Positions 50,401 through 59,838 of a stretch of 64,000 bases of DNA are shown here, piece after piece. The notes beneath the pieces are model-generated. The model ran no database searches, was not told the DNA's origin, and was given only the letters and a program-made list of their open reading frames with translations. Source of the DNA: a virus (lineage: Duplodnaviria > Caudoviricetes); the IMG/VR virus record IMGVR_UViG_3300028591_006041, positions 17,708 to 81,707 of that record; one strand, written 5' to 3'. Each line of letters starts with the position of its first letter. Positions within the stretch are counted from its first letter, which is position 1. A program made the translations under genes and the position numbers.

Positions 50401-53020
50401 TGTCGAAAAAATAACAACATCTATAGCACAAACATTAATAAGTATAGTGCAAGCACATCCTGATTATTTTGGAAAAGAGAATACAAAATTCCAAAATGCA
50501 GTAGAAAGTATTCAAGGAACAACAAAAATTGTTACTGATTTAGTAGATACTGTAATAAAAATAGGTAGTGCACAAATACCTGTACACTGGGATGAACATG
50601 GCAAACCAGATAGATTCATTAGTATAGAAGGAAAAATTGATACTGCAATTGAAAATACTAAGAAAATATTTGAAGGAACTATTGGAGGATTGCTTGGAAC
50701 AATAAAACTATTATGGAATGAAGGATTAGATGTTCCTGGAATAGGCATAATAAAAATAGATAATGCTAATACGTGGAAAAAATGGATTAATGATACTGTT
50801 GATATCTCACAAAACATTGTTTCAATGATATCTTCATTAGCTGAATGTATAATAAATGTATCATCATTGAAAATTCCTACAGGATTTGATGAAAGTGGAA
50901 AAGCTAAAGGATATATTTTATTGAAAGACAATGATATAAATAATGCATCAAACAGAATTACTCAAATAATAACATCATTATTAGGAATATTCTATGATAA
51001 TACATCTGGAGAAACAGATAATTCTACAATAACAATTAGTAAAATTTTAAACAATCAAGAACAAATAAAAAATAATGCAACAAATATAAAAAGTACAGCA
51101 ATAACAATATTTGATACAGTAGATGAGATTGCAAGTAGAGTTTCTGAATTAATGGATAGCAAAGAGTCAATTGATACTTTATTTGACTACAAACAAAAAT
51201 CACATACAGATAAAGCTATTAATGATTCTATTCAAATAGGATTCTTTAGAGATATTGCAGTATTGATAACAGACATATCTCAATTAATGTCATTGTTTAA
51301 TGGAGTAAAAGACAATATTTTAATAGAAAATGAATTATCAGACAGTTTCTTTAATATTACAAAACAAGATTTAGATGCAACAAAGATAAAGAACAATATA
51401 AAATCTATATTTTCAATCGTATCATCAATAATTGGACAAATTGATAGCTTAGATGAAACAGTAATAGGAGACAATAATAAGATAAACTTAATATTAGGTA
51501 AAGATCAAAATAAAACTGATTTAGTTGCTATTGTAACTTCAATATTGAATATTTATATTTCTATAGATGAATTATTGAATAAGATTCCTGATGTCAAAAA
51601 GGAAAAGATATTTAAAACAAAAACATATATAACTTATATATCACTTTTAAATGATATATTGAATGATTTGTTAAAGAATGTAAATGTCATAACATCTATA
51701 AATGTTTCACAATTCAAGACATTAAGTAGTAGTTTATTGACTTCGACAATATCTAATATTGGAGCATTCTATAGTAATATTATTTCTGCTATGATGGAAA
51801 TAAATTCTAATACTGAAAATAGCATAAATGGCGGAATGAAATTACAAGCATTGAGTATGCAATTCAAAATAATGGGTTCTTTATTTACTGATTTGTTTAG
51901 TAATATTGAGTTATTGACATCTATTGATGTATCAAAAATGAATGATTTAGACAGTAAGTCATTGACATCAACTATATCTAATATTGGAGTATTCTATAAT
52001 GATATCATACAAACAATATTAGAAATAAATGAAAGTATTGATGGATCAGCAAAATCTACTATAATGTCATTGAATGTTCAGTTATTAGAAACAACAATGT
52101 TAGTAACTGAAATATTTGAAAATATGTCTAATGCTTATTTGACATTTTATTCAAATGTAGACAACTTCAATTCAACAATAAGTGGAATATTTTCACAATT
52201 AGATGTATCAAATAGTTCATTAGATATAGCTGTATATAAATTGAAGGATAATGTACAAGTAGTACTTGATACATTCAATTCAATAGATTTAGATACTAAC
52301 TTATTTGGTAAAACAGACTTAGCAAAAATGACAGATGACTTAGATTATTTCATTACTAATATATCTAAGTTCAATGAACAAATGTCAGATAATGCCAATA
52401 AGCTTAAGTCATCTATAGATAATATATATCAAGCAGTATCTAATCAAAAGACATCAAAGGTATTTAAAGATAATACATCATTATTAGAGAAATATGTTAA
52501 GACAATAAACTCAATAAACATAAAGAGTACAAATGCTTTTACAGAATTAGTAAGACAATTGAATATGTTAGCGGCTAAATTAGGAAATGTTGATAAATTG
52601 ACTGATGTAATGGCTAACAGACTTTCAGTAGTATTAGATCATCTTGTAAAACGTCTTGAGGAATCTAAAGAAGCAATTGATAAAGCAGATGAAATACAAA
52701 CTAAGAGACATAATTTGATTAATGAATCAATTCAAAAGGTTAAAGATTTGATGGAAAATCCATTAAGCATAACTATTACACAAGATATGTCTAACATGAC
52801 AATGGGTGGTGGACCTTCAGAAAGTGGAGGTAATACTACTACTGGTGGAGGTGTAGCAGGAAACGGTACAGGATCACCTGATTTTGATATTTATGATAAA
52901 AATGCTAAAAATACTAAGGGTTATACATGGAATGATATTGCTAAATTAGAATCAAGAAAAGAGAAAATAGATAGTAAAACTAGAAAGGCAGGAGGTAGAT
53001 GGGTTCAAAATCAAAAATAA
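44474..53020 (+). CDS. Tape-measure-like protein
   Basis: 2848 aa, helical; hydrophobic repeats of about 60 aa and repeated QIPxKWDxxGKP modules; followed by a tail-tube-like gene. Confidence 0.7.
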   Translation: MAKKTISGALGNLGKTMANMFGPKTPSGPEDNTEEIKEFLESIKMNMSMSYASFFLGNSAKGLKDTSFLGATKSNKNSILGENKSIYSLLEDIKKQLDKNTKESPIVSMSENIKKLQTSFKKYPDDIEEILESSLKTLNKEDSENKEEGELSNEVRLIISGLDGKGINGLIELAKMDSDKVSQGLKNLLEVIKPFNELKLDEKIIQNHVSLIETIMNKVNTVKVPDSEKQVDVIESIQAILGILGSLETIGKMEDNSDKAKTIIVNYLKALQESYAEVEKSFNQIIAISTLVDQSKSASAKIKEGLDACNQTAIETANNESTLKASNRSMGELTGFMIAAAAVMMIGALFMELSNGKMFINALKFGAALMAFEALVLAPILIFSKMKGEVAKGLEDFSDFVIVCAGVMMVGALFMHLSGGKMFMNALKFGLVLGLFEALVLAPILIFSRMKGEVVQGLKDFSGFIIVCTAVMLIGALFMGLAGGKLVINALAFGLTLGLFEALVLAPILAFNKMEGEVVQGLKDFSGFLITCTIVMLIGALFIELGGGKFVLNALAFGFVLGMFEAMVIAPFLLFNLIDRQVFQGLKAFSGTLITCTVVLLIGALFMQLGGGKFVKAAMEFTVLLMAFEAAVIAPILLFNLAKPVIFSGLKDFSTFLITVTACLLIGALFMTLKNGTIPKYAMEFTGVFASFIAAIGVAIIPLMKWLKPAVMEKMHEFNLFLAISSACLVIGSLYIYKFGTMSALKYVGVFELFILGMGKVAKTIVELFDKKTLDSLKPFSIFLGTMHAILITGGLFTKKYGATIGAKYATVFDLFVWGMAKVSKNITDNFDKTTLDSLIPFSIFLGTMHTVLVTGAMFMDKYGNTAVSKYGIAITTFIYGILPAMAAVIAITTIAKISQMNAILAGGGSLGFTIPAEGGGMTSFFIFVGLMHAVLLTGSMFVHQFGVEPIAEYGICIAGFIYTMVGALALFNAIDIKEKKLTDFIVFVGALHAIILTGALFINQFGTEDVVTYGIILTVFVGAMSGIFILLSKTISNKVEKDVLIFAAMVGIFHAIVLSAVLAVRDTFDIVAVGEYLAVLGLFTTGMVFLFKALQKHMQDITKGALAMLAISGSMLVFSGVIFLITKIFEKKNPDEVLELVGGLALISGALGLFYGIIGSYAGPVAMGSLVMLAVSASFGIYSLIISMIVDMFRNTTMEEILGCTTNLILSAGELSLFFGIVGIPPFALLVSLGSAAIAAMALALQQYVKGLGDTINLLAPYGDPKNYDDSTVHYAIEYLSKANEELTELFESFGFFAIKVKTGAKAITSISTGIQHINEAFESLTNGYASWGNSIVEAIVTTHEMISDQLVPMYNDICNNSPQILVTSLATVMMRGIAKDIDSIVEYIVQSVDKISKTGDITDNIQLVIDNISKYFSIPDQVSLGFWGAIGLKLKLIALKELSHDIAQIIGEVGDAVAHIASLEIPWKYDEKGRVVKYRQLRESDFDLAGENVGKILMTIADALNKVWDGGDGKQGLKEMYGVDAQIGEFFGIDSPLTSVMNFGMDVSKVLSGVGESVGMIAKMQIPTKWDEHGKPIAFRQLKEKDFTMAGEGVGFILTHMATVLGDIYKNGWVDESGNIGNTSGKYNIFDRTSGGFLRMDEDPSPIEKVLGASFQISEILANIGEGVGKIAKLQIPTAWDTKTGKVTNYRTLKDQDFRDMGIGVSTILTSIFNALINDVYKGNEELFKEISGGLFSSDKPSPMMTVLEASAKVSEIISNTAKGISQMAKMQIPDKWDEKGKPIHYKELTKEDFTKAGESIGSIVKCVVDKLITFADDPVFKDDTFKHVMDSVMPISELISNMAEGVLKLASGQIPSKWNDQGKPIEFKKIEPADYAAAGVTVGVITTSIAQTLLDLVKNDQYKDYFFDENGKPSEKMQVVVESFSGISGLVTDMADAVVKLGQGLVADQWKDGKPTHYKPIDFIKIIPSMQQIVEKITTSIAQTLISIVQAHPDYFGKENTKFQNAVESIQGTTKIVTDLVDTVIKIGSAQIPVHWDEHGKPDRFISIEGKIDTAIENTKKIFEGTIGGLLGTIKLLWNEGLDVPGIGIIKIDNANTWKKWINDTVDISQNIVSMISSLAECIINVSSLKIPTGFDESGKAKGYILLKDNDINNASNRITQIITSLLGIFYDNTSGETDNSTITISKILNNQEQIKNNATNIKSTAITIFDTVDEIASRVSELMDSKESIDTLFDYKQKSHTDKAINDSIQIGFFRDIAVLITDISQLMSLFNGVKDNILIENELSDSFFNITKQDLDATKIKNNIKSIFSIVSSIIGQIDSLDETVIGDNNKINLILGKDQNKTDLVAIVTSILNIYISIDELLNKIPDVKKEKIFKTKTYITYISLLNDILNDLLKNVNVITSINVSQFKTLSSSLLTSTISNIGAFYSNIISAMMEINSNTENSINGGMKLQALSMQFKIMGSLFTDLFSNIELLTSIDVSKMNDLDSKSLTSTISNIGVFYNDIIQTILEINESIDGSAKSTIMSLNVQLLETTMLVTEIFENMSNAYLTFYSNVDNFNSTISGIFSQLDVSNSSLDIAVYKLKDNVQVVLDTFNSIDLDTNLFGKTDLAKMTDDLDYFITNISKFNEQMSDNANKLKSSIDNIYQAVSNQKTSKVFKDNTSLLEKYVKTINSINIKSTNAFTELVRQLNMLAAKLGNVDKLTDVMANRLSVVLDHLVKRLEESKEAIDKADEIQTKRHNLINESIQKVKDLMENPLSITITQDMSNMTMGGGPSESGGNTTTGGGVAGNGTGSPDFDIYDKNAKNTKGYTWNDIAKLESRKEKIDSKTRKAGGRWVQNQK

Positions 53021-53033
53021 TTAAATTAATATA

Positions 53034-53660
53034 ATGTTTGCATTAAAAGGAAGACAGGATTTTTTTAGATTAATATTACCGGACAATTTTATTGTTCCAG
53101 AAATAGAAGAAAAATATACAAATATAATAAAAGAGAAAAAAAGTTTCTTATATAAACCTATTGATTTCATTAATGAGACAATTCAGGGAATACAAATATT
53201 AGGTTTTCAAGAAGCATCTATTCCTCAACAGCAACCAGCAAGAGGTTATCCTATAATTGACGAAAATAGAGTAAGACAAAATAATTTCTTACATACTAGT
53301 TCAGATTATAATTATAGAGCAGAAAAATCACCTTTAGCTATATTAGATAAGACTCTTAATGTTACATTTAGACATACATTAGGATTTTTGAATTATTTCA
53401 TATTATTTGAAAATTTTTGGTACCAATATTCAAGAGATAGAAAATACAAAGATCTTCCTGAACATTTCAATATAGAACTAATGAACAATATTGGTGAAGT
53501 ATATTCAAAGATAATAATATATGATCCTATAATTAATTCTATGGATATGCTTGATATGAATTATACTCAACCTATTGCTCAATCACAAACTTTTAATTTG
53601 ACATTTAAATATTCTAATATAGATTATCAATTCATTAATCATGATAAAGAGGAACTTTAA
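53034..53660 (+). CDS. Tail tube / tube-initiator-like protein (gp19/gp48/gp54 fold)
   Basis: LNVTF..FENFW..FNIELMN..P....MLDMNY...QTFNLTFKY pattern; position after the tape measure gene. Confidence 0.55.
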   Translation: MFALKGRQDFFRLILPDNFIVPEIEEKYTNIIKEKKSFLYKPIDFINETIQGIQILGFQEASIPQQQPARGYPIIDENRVRQNNFLHTSSDYNYRAEKSPLAILDKTLNVTFRHTLGFLNYFILFENFWYQYSRDRKYKDLPEHFNIELMNNIGEVYSKIIIYDPIINSMDMLDMNYTQPIAQSQTFNLTFKYSNIDYQFINHDKEEL

Positions 53661-53670
53661 AGTTCCTCTT
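53647..53670. terminator. Bidirectional terminator (identical core at 60655-60680)
   Basis: aagaggaactttaaagttcctctt. Confidence 0.8.
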
Positions 53671-53851
53671 CTTCATTTAATTTTAATAGTTTTTCATACG
53701 CAGACATCATTCCTTCATAAAACCACATCCAATTACGATATTCTGCATCTTCATTTGACAAATAACCTTCTTCTGCAAAATTCTTATTTACTTTTGCTTC
53801 ATCATATAACTGTGAAATTTTTTCTTTCAAATTATGCGGACACTTCTTCAT
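53657..53851 (-). CDS. Hypothetical protein
   Basis: 64-aa ORF. Confidence 0.5.
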   Translation of the reverse strand: MKKCPHNLKEKISQLYDEAKVNKNFAEEGYLSNEDAEYRNWMWFYEGMMSAYEKLLKLNEEEEL

Positions 53852-53938
53852 ATTTACTTTTTTTAATCATTACTACTTTATCGTATGGTAATACTGATAT
53901 TAATTCTTCAAAATTTAAACTTATTTCTTTCATAATCA

Positions 53939-54697
53939 TTAATGTTTTACATCTGAACTTCCAAATCCTGCATCTCCTCGATTTGATTCTTCCATTATTT
54001 TATTATATTCCTTTTCGGTAACTTCTTCATATTCAGTATGAAATACAGGAATAAGCATCATTTGTGTAAGTTTGTCTCCACAATAAATATTCTTATTTTT
54101 CTCTGTATCTTTTGTGAATGCCATTGAAAGATGTACATATCCTGCATAATCTTCATCAACCAAACAAGCTCGTACATCATATCCTTTATTACCCATTCCT
54201 GACTTATTTACATAAAGTCCTGCAACACCAATTCCAAGTAATCTTAAATTATTTATTTGCTGATGAACATTAGGACCATTTTGATCACTAAGTACAGTAT
54301 CAAGTGCTATCTTAATTCCTGAATTGATAAATAATGTATCATTCAATTGTGGCTCAATACCCCATACATCTTTATCTCCATCATAAATCAAAAAATTATC
54401 AATGAAATATCTTAATCCTTTAATTAATGAAGCCTCTTTCATCATTTCAAGCTTAGCATTATGATAAGCCAAATACAAATGAACAATATTTATTTGTCCA
54501 TTATTAGAACTAATATAACTATCAATAAACTCAATCATTTGGTTGATATCTTTCTTAGTAACTTTATAAGACTTTTGAAAAGCTTCTATAGCTAACTCCT
54601 TTTGTTTTTCCGTTTTAATGTTTGGAATGTAATAATCAGAACCTGCTGATGTAAAAGTATTAGTTGGCTTTATGCCAAATGCATTATAAATTTTCAT
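53939..54697 (-). CDS. dut: Trimeric dUTPase with large insertion
   Basis: SAGSD, NKSG, LVDEDYAG, GDKLTQ, RGDAGFGSS. Confidence 0.9.
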   Translation of the reverse strand: MKIYNAFGIKPTNTFTSAGSDYYIPNIKTEKQKELAIEAFQKSYKVTKKDINQMIEFIDSYISSNNGQINIVHLYLAYHNAKLEMMKEASLIKGLRYFIDNFLIYDGDKDVWGIEPQLNDTLFINSGIKIALDTVLSDQNGPNVHQQINNLRLLGIGVAGLYVNKSGMGNKGYDVRACLVDEDYAGYVHLSMAFTKDTEKNKNIYCGDKLTQMMLIPVFHTEYEEVTEKEYNKIMEESNRGDAGFGSSDVKH

Positions 54698-54784
54698 TTT
54701 AAAACTAAATATTTTTATATTATTAATATAGTAATTAGAATATGATAATTATTTTTAATTAACAACAAATATTAAATTTTATAT

Positions 54785-57724
54785 ATGGCTGATAAATTGT
54801 TTTATAGTTATAATGCTACTTGGATAAATAATAATTCTATAAAGTATACTGAGAAATATAGTTATGCATTTATAGTCAATCCTAAAAATCATATTTTAGC
54901 ATATAATGGAAAAGACTATGGTGTATTTCATAATGAAAACTATATATCATGTATACCTCAATCTAATTTTGTAAATGTTTCAAATGTTGTTAGTAATACT
55001 GCTGTAACAAAAATTTATATTAAAATTCCGTCTAATCCTCATACAATATGGACTGCTAATACTGGAGCAGGATCACCTGCAAATACATCTTCATTAAACC
55101 TATCGGATGGACAATATAATAAATTGAATTTTGATTTATGTATTAATGCATCAATATATCATATTAGTGCAAATATAAATAGTAGTACAAAATCTAAAAA
55201 ATTTTGGAGTAATTGTAATGTATTGAAATTATCTAATTCTAATATTAGTAATGATAGCGTAAGTTTTGGATATTATAGAACTGCTGGAAGCGGAAACTTA
55301 AGTGGACATTCATATTTACCATTCATATCTATTAATGGATTAAATCCAGGATTAGGAACTCCTGTTAGTATTTATAATATATCTTTTTCAACACAGACTA
55401 GTAGTGGATTCAATACTACTGATTATCCTAATTTAAATTATGTTGATAATGATAAAACCACTACATATATGTGGGAGATTAAAATAAATCCATCAGGAGC
55501 ATATTTTGTAGATACTACTGTAACAAATAGTCAAATGATTACAAATAGTAAATTACCTATACGTACTATTTGGGGACAAGCATTTGATGGAACAGGTAAT
55601 GTACAAGGAAATTTGACAATAAATTCATATACACACGGAGGAACTACTGAATTAGGTGTTTTAAAAACTAATTATGTCAATATTAATTGTGAAGATACTG
55701 GTAATCAATTAGCAGTAGCTGGAACTGGAGTTATTTCTAATACTACATATTTATGCTCTGGTGGAGGAAATGCTTATATTGGTGTTTCAAATACTAATGC
55801 TGATGCTAGATTTAATAATGGAGATTTACAAGCTAAATTATATGTTAATGGAATATCTTATGTATCTAAATTAAATATTAATTCAAAAGATACATCATTA
55901 AATTATGCATGTCGTATTGCAGGAAAAAATACTTCAAGTACTGGAGGTAATTCATCTCAATATTCAATCTATGCAACTAATGGATGGAATTATTTAGCTG
56001 GTAATACAGGAATAAAACATGTTCCTAATACAAAATATAAATTATATATTCAAGGAGATAATGCAGATGAATTTGGTGGTTCTTCTAATGACTATTCAAC
56101 ATATATAACTCATGGATGGAATTTTTTAGCAGGAAATACAGGAATTGGTCAATTTCCTAATACAGGAATAAAATTATGGGTTTTTGGAGATGCTACAAAT
56201 GAAACTGGGGGTAGTGCCAATGAATATTCATTATATTCAACCAATGGTTGGAATTATTTAGCATCTAATACAGGAATTGGTGTTAATCCAAGTACAGATT
56301 ATAGATTACATATTAAAGGATCTTCTTCTACATCTACAGGTGGTGATTCATCTCATTATGCTTTATATACAGATTATGGATGGAATTATTTAGCTTCTAA
56401 TACAGGAATAGGTATTGCTCCAAATATAAATTATAAATTATATGTAAGTGGTAGAACATATTTAAATGGAAATGTTGGAATAGGAGTTGCACCAGATACA
56501 GAAAGTACATATAGACTAAAAGTTGATGGTAGTTCTAGTAATTTATCAACATTATTTTCAAATGGCAAAATCATATTAAATGATGAATATACTTTTATAC
56601 AAAAAATTCATGCAGCCGGTTTACAACCACATTACGATATTTCAAATGGTGGTAGTAATGGAATATTAAATATGTATATATCTAATAATGCAACAACATT
56701 ATGGCATTCTAATTATAAAAATAGTAATTTAGGAATACATAAAATATTTAGTGCACAAGCGAATATTCATAGTAATTATTGTGGATTATGGAATATGGGA
56801 TTATGGAATTATAGACATTATGATGCATCTGGGCAAGATATGAGTCAACAAACTAAAGCTGGAATGATATCTTCATCAGTTATAACTCCTATCTCTGAAC
56901 ATAGATATAATTCTCAATTAGGAGGTCTTAATATGATTTTATTTTATCATACTGTAAAAAATAATACTACTGAATTAACAAATAATGTTAATTATGTATT
57001 TAGAAGTGCATATAGAAATAGAATATTATTTTATGGATCATATATAGATTCTACTAATTATACTTGGCAATATAAATCTCCTTCTACTAATAAATCTTGG
57101 GGAGTAGTAGGCAATGATACACCAGGTACTATGGACTCAACCCATTTTGGAAATAATACCTCAATGCCGGCTGTATATGGTGATTTTGGAGGATTTGTAT
57201 CATGTATGGAAGGAAATATATATAATATTGTTGTTTTAGGAGTTGTTAATTTATGTAAATACCGAACTAATAATGCATGGTCATTTAATAATAGTGACTA
57301 TAATTCTATATATAATGATAAATCTTTTATAACTTCTTCTGGTGTATTAATATATGGATGTTGGTTTACTAATGCTTTAACTGGAACAAATCATAATGGA
57401 TTATCTTCAGGAGTAGCAGAGGCAAATAAATCAATTAGATTTAGATGTAAAGTAAATCCTAATTTAACATGGAAAAGACATATACATGTATCAAATACTA
57501 TTTGTGAAATACATACTCACTGGGGCAGTAGTGATTCATCTATTAATGGACCTACTGCAGTAGATAATGGAAATAAATATGAATTGCACTCTGGATTTTT
57601 AAATAATAATACTACAGAAGTTCAAATATATGTATATGGTCCAAATATAAATGATACAGGTACATTAACTATTAGAACAATATCTATAACTATTTTAGGA
57701 TGGCTATATGATGGTGATAATTAA
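54785..57724 (+). CDS. Tail fibre / receptor-binding protein
   Basis: RTIWGQAFDGTGNV motif and four GWN(Y/F)LA(G/S)NTGI repeats. Confidence 0.75.
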   Translation: MADKLFYSYNATWINNNSIKYTEKYSYAFIVNPKNHILAYNGKDYGVFHNENYISCIPQSNFVNVSNVVSNTAVTKIYIKIPSNPHTIWTANTGAGSPANTSSLNLSDGQYNKLNFDLCINASIYHISANINSSTKSKKFWSNCNVLKLSNSNISNDSVSFGYYRTAGSGNLSGHSYLPFISINGLNPGLGTPVSIYNISFSTQTSSGFNTTDYPNLNYVDNDKTTTYMWEIKINPSGAYFVDTTVTNSQMITNSKLPIRTIWGQAFDGTGNVQGNLTINSYTHGGTTELGVLKTNYVNINCEDTGNQLAVAGTGVISNTTYLCSGGGNAYIGVSNTNADARFNNGDLQAKLYVNGISYVSKLNINSKDTSLNYACRIAGKNTSSTGGNSSQYSIYATNGWNYLAGNTGIKHVPNTKYKLYIQGDNADEFGGSSNDYSTYITHGWNFLAGNTGIGQFPNTGIKLWVFGDATNETGGSANEYSLYSTNGWNYLASNTGIGVNPSTDYRLHIKGSSSTSTGGDSSHYALYTDYGWNYLASNTGIGIAPNINYKLYVSGRTYLNGNVGIGVAPDTESTYRLKVDGSSSNLSTLFSNGKIILNDEYTFIQKIHAAGLQPHYDISNGGSNGILNMYISNNATTLWHSNYKNSNLGIHKIFSAQANIHSNYCGLWNMGLWNYRHYDASGQDMSQQTKAGMISSSVITPISEHRYNSQLGGLNMILFYHTVKNNTTELTNNVNYVFRSAYRNRILFYGSYIDSTNYTWQYKSPSTNKSWGVVGNDTPGTMDSTHFGNNTSMPAVYGDFGGFVSCMEGNIYNIVVLGVVNLCKYRTNNAWSFNNSDYNSIYNDKSFITSSGVLIYGCWFTNALTGTNHNGLSSGVAEANKSIRFRCKVNPNLTWKRHIHVSNTICEIHTHWGSSDSSINGPTAVDNGNKYELHSGFLNNNTTEVQIYVYGPNINDTGTLTIRTISITILGWLYDGDN

Positions 57725-57751
57725 AAGAGGAATCATTAAGATTCCTCTTTT
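57723..57751. terminator. Bidirectional terminator
   Basis: aaaagaggaatc...gattcctctttt. Confidence 0.75.
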
Positions 57752-58215
57752 TCTATTAACATATCATAAATTAGTTCAAGATAATCTGGAGCAGATATTT
57801 TCATTCCATTTATTTCTACATCATTAGCAGAATTTAAATCAATAATTTCTTCATATTCTAATTCAGAAAATTTCCAATCATTAACATTTTCAATTATATC
57901 ATTTGATCTAGATTCTATATATTCAGAAATATCTTTATTATAAGATTGTTCTAATTGATTAAATTCTTCTAATTCTTCAGTATTTTTATTTGGAATATTC
58001 ATTAAATTTTTATATCTTTCTGATACTAATTCATTAGTAAATTCTTTAATATCAGAATCTAATGCTTTTTTATATTTTCCATATTCAATACGCATCTTAA
58101 TAATCTTTAATTTCAATTGTTTTGAAAATTCTTTTCCATTATATTCAAATTTTAATTGTTTTATAAGATTATATTTAGATACAATATCGTTTAAAGTCAT
58201 ATTAATTTTTTCCAT
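57736..58215 (-). CDS. Hypothetical helical protein
   Basis: 159-aa ORF. Confidence 0.55.
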   Translation of the reverse strand: MEKINMTLNDIVSKYNLIKQLKFEYNGKEFSKQLKLKIIKMRIEYGKYKKALDSDIKEFTNELVSERYKNLMNIPNKNTEELEEFNQLEQSYNKDISEYIESRSNDIIENVNDWKFSELEYEEIIDLNSANDVEINGMKISAPDYLELIYDMLIEKEES

Positions 58216-58217
58216 AA

Positions 58218-59207
58218 TTATTCTATATCTATATCATTAAAGCTTTCTTCTGGTGTAAGTAAATTTTCATCTTGATTAATTATTTGAGGTTCTTCATTAT
58301 CAATATGATATGTCATTTCTTTATAAGTATTTGGATATATGAATGAAAGCATATAAGTATTAAGTTTTGACATCTCATTAAATCCCTCATTATTTGATGA
58401 ATGATTATGTAATAAAGCTTCTAAATCAATCATGGCTCTTCCATACATTGCTTTAAGAACTTGTAAGTCATTAGCAAATCTTGGGAATAATTCCGCAATT
58501 CCACTAATTGTACCTAAACGAGTATCAATCATATTTGTCCTGATTATAGATCCAGAAGCTGCTCTATAATTGATTTCAGTTACAGGCATTATTACAATCT
58601 TTTTGGCATTGCTAATCCATACAGGAATAGTTCTTACATCCTCATAAGTTCTAACAGTACTATAAGGATAAGATTCAACTACCCATCTCTTATATATTTT
58701 TGACCAAACATTGAATTTAATAAGATTATCTTTAAATAATGCTAATTCTGCCAAAGACGGATTGTTTTCTATAGTCACCTTTTGAGGAGCAGTATTATTT
58801 ACTTGTTGACCATCTTGTTGATTGAACAATATTCCATATTCAACAATATCTGCTTTCTCATTAATAATATCATGATAAGCTCTATGTACAAAATCTTTAT
58901 GCATATAATAATCATCTGCATCAAGAAACATAAAATAATCTCCAGTTGCATGATCTATTCCAAATTTTCTTGCACCACCACAACCAAGATTTTCTTCAGG
59001 TTCATAAAATCTAAATTCTATGTTTGGATTACCATATTGTTGTATGAAATTTCTAACGATATCTAATGACTCATCGGTAGACTTATCATTAACTAATACA
59101 TATTCTACTTTAAATCCATTGAATTCTTGTTGATTAATACTATTTATAGCATCAACAATAAATTCCTTTGCATTATAAAATGTTGTAATTATACTAACTT
59201 TTTCCAT
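58218..59207 (-). CDS. GT2 family glycosyltransferase
   Basis: VSIITTFYN, LVNDKSTD, NLGCGGARKFG, FMFLDADD, WSKIYKR, YED. Confidence 0.92.
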   Translation of the reverse strand: MEKVSIITTFYNAKEFIVDAINSINQQEFNGFKVEYVLVNDKSTDESLDIVRNFIQQYGNPNIEFRFYEPEENLGCGGARKFGIDHATGDYFMFLDADDYYMHKDFVHRAYHDIINEKADIVEYGILFNQQDGQQVNNTAPQKVTIENNPSLAELALFKDNLIKFNVWSKIYKRWVVESYPYSTVRTYEDVRTIPVWISNAKKIVIMPVTEINYRAASGSIIRTNMIDTRLGTISGIAELFPRFANDLQVLKAMYGRAMIDLEALLHNHSSNNEGFNEMSKLNTYMLSFIYPNTYKEMTYHIDNEEPQIINQDENLLTPEESFNDIDIE

Positions 59208-59223
59208 AATTTGATATTAAAAT

Positions 59224-59838
59224 TTATTTGTTTACTATAAGTATAGTATTATCTGAAATTCTTTCTAATACATAGAATTTCTCATTTTTATGTTTTTTAC
59301 TATCATAAGGTATCGCTGTACCCCATTTCTCTTTTATCTTTCCGGAATATACTGTACAAAATTCTCCTGGAACACATTTACCATTATCTTCAACAATTAC
59401 TTTTCCAACTAAATTTACTCTCATCCATTCTTGTCTATTTGAACGTTTTACATAATTCTTTTCTTTATCATAATATTGACTTTCAATCTTTATGTAATGT
59501 TCCCATGGATAAGTCTTAATATAGTTCATCTCCATTTTTTGATCATATACTTTACTTCCTACAGCAAGCTTTTCTTTTTTAAGATATAAATCTCCATATT
59601 CATTACAAAGATAAGCATATTTCCATTCATCTGGATCATCTGATGTTTCCAACGCGCATACTGTTGAAACACCTAATATATAATCATCATCATGAGCTAA
59701 TGTAATTTTTGAATGATTTTCTTTATCAAAAGTGACAAATTTTCCAATCAAATTTTTTACTTGAATTGAAAATACCTTTTGATCCCATTCATACATTTCA
59801 GTATATCCAAATTTTTGAATATTCAACTCATTCTCCAT
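59224..59838 (-). CDS. Stand-alone Peptidase_G2 / intramolecular-chaperone-like domain protein
   Basis: GYTEMYEW, GKFVT, ILGVS, RSNRQEW..V.LVGKVIV.D.G. Confidence 0.65.
   Translation of the reverse strand: MENELNIQKFGYTEMYEWDQKVFSIQVKNLIGKFVTFDKENHSKITLAHDDDYILGVSTVCALETSDDPDEWKYAYLCNEYGDLYLKKEKLAVGSKVYDQKMEMNYIKTYPWEHYIKIESQYYDKEKNYVKRSNRQEWMRVNLVGKVIVEDNGKCVPGEFCTVYSGKIKEKWGTAIPYDSKKHKNEKFYVLERISDNTILIVNK

Noticed and set aside
45019-51474. Antisense ORFs inside the tape-measure gene (e.g. 45403-46200, 46222-47103)
   Set aside because: Shadow ORFs caused by repetitive, stop-poor antisense frames; low-complexity translations
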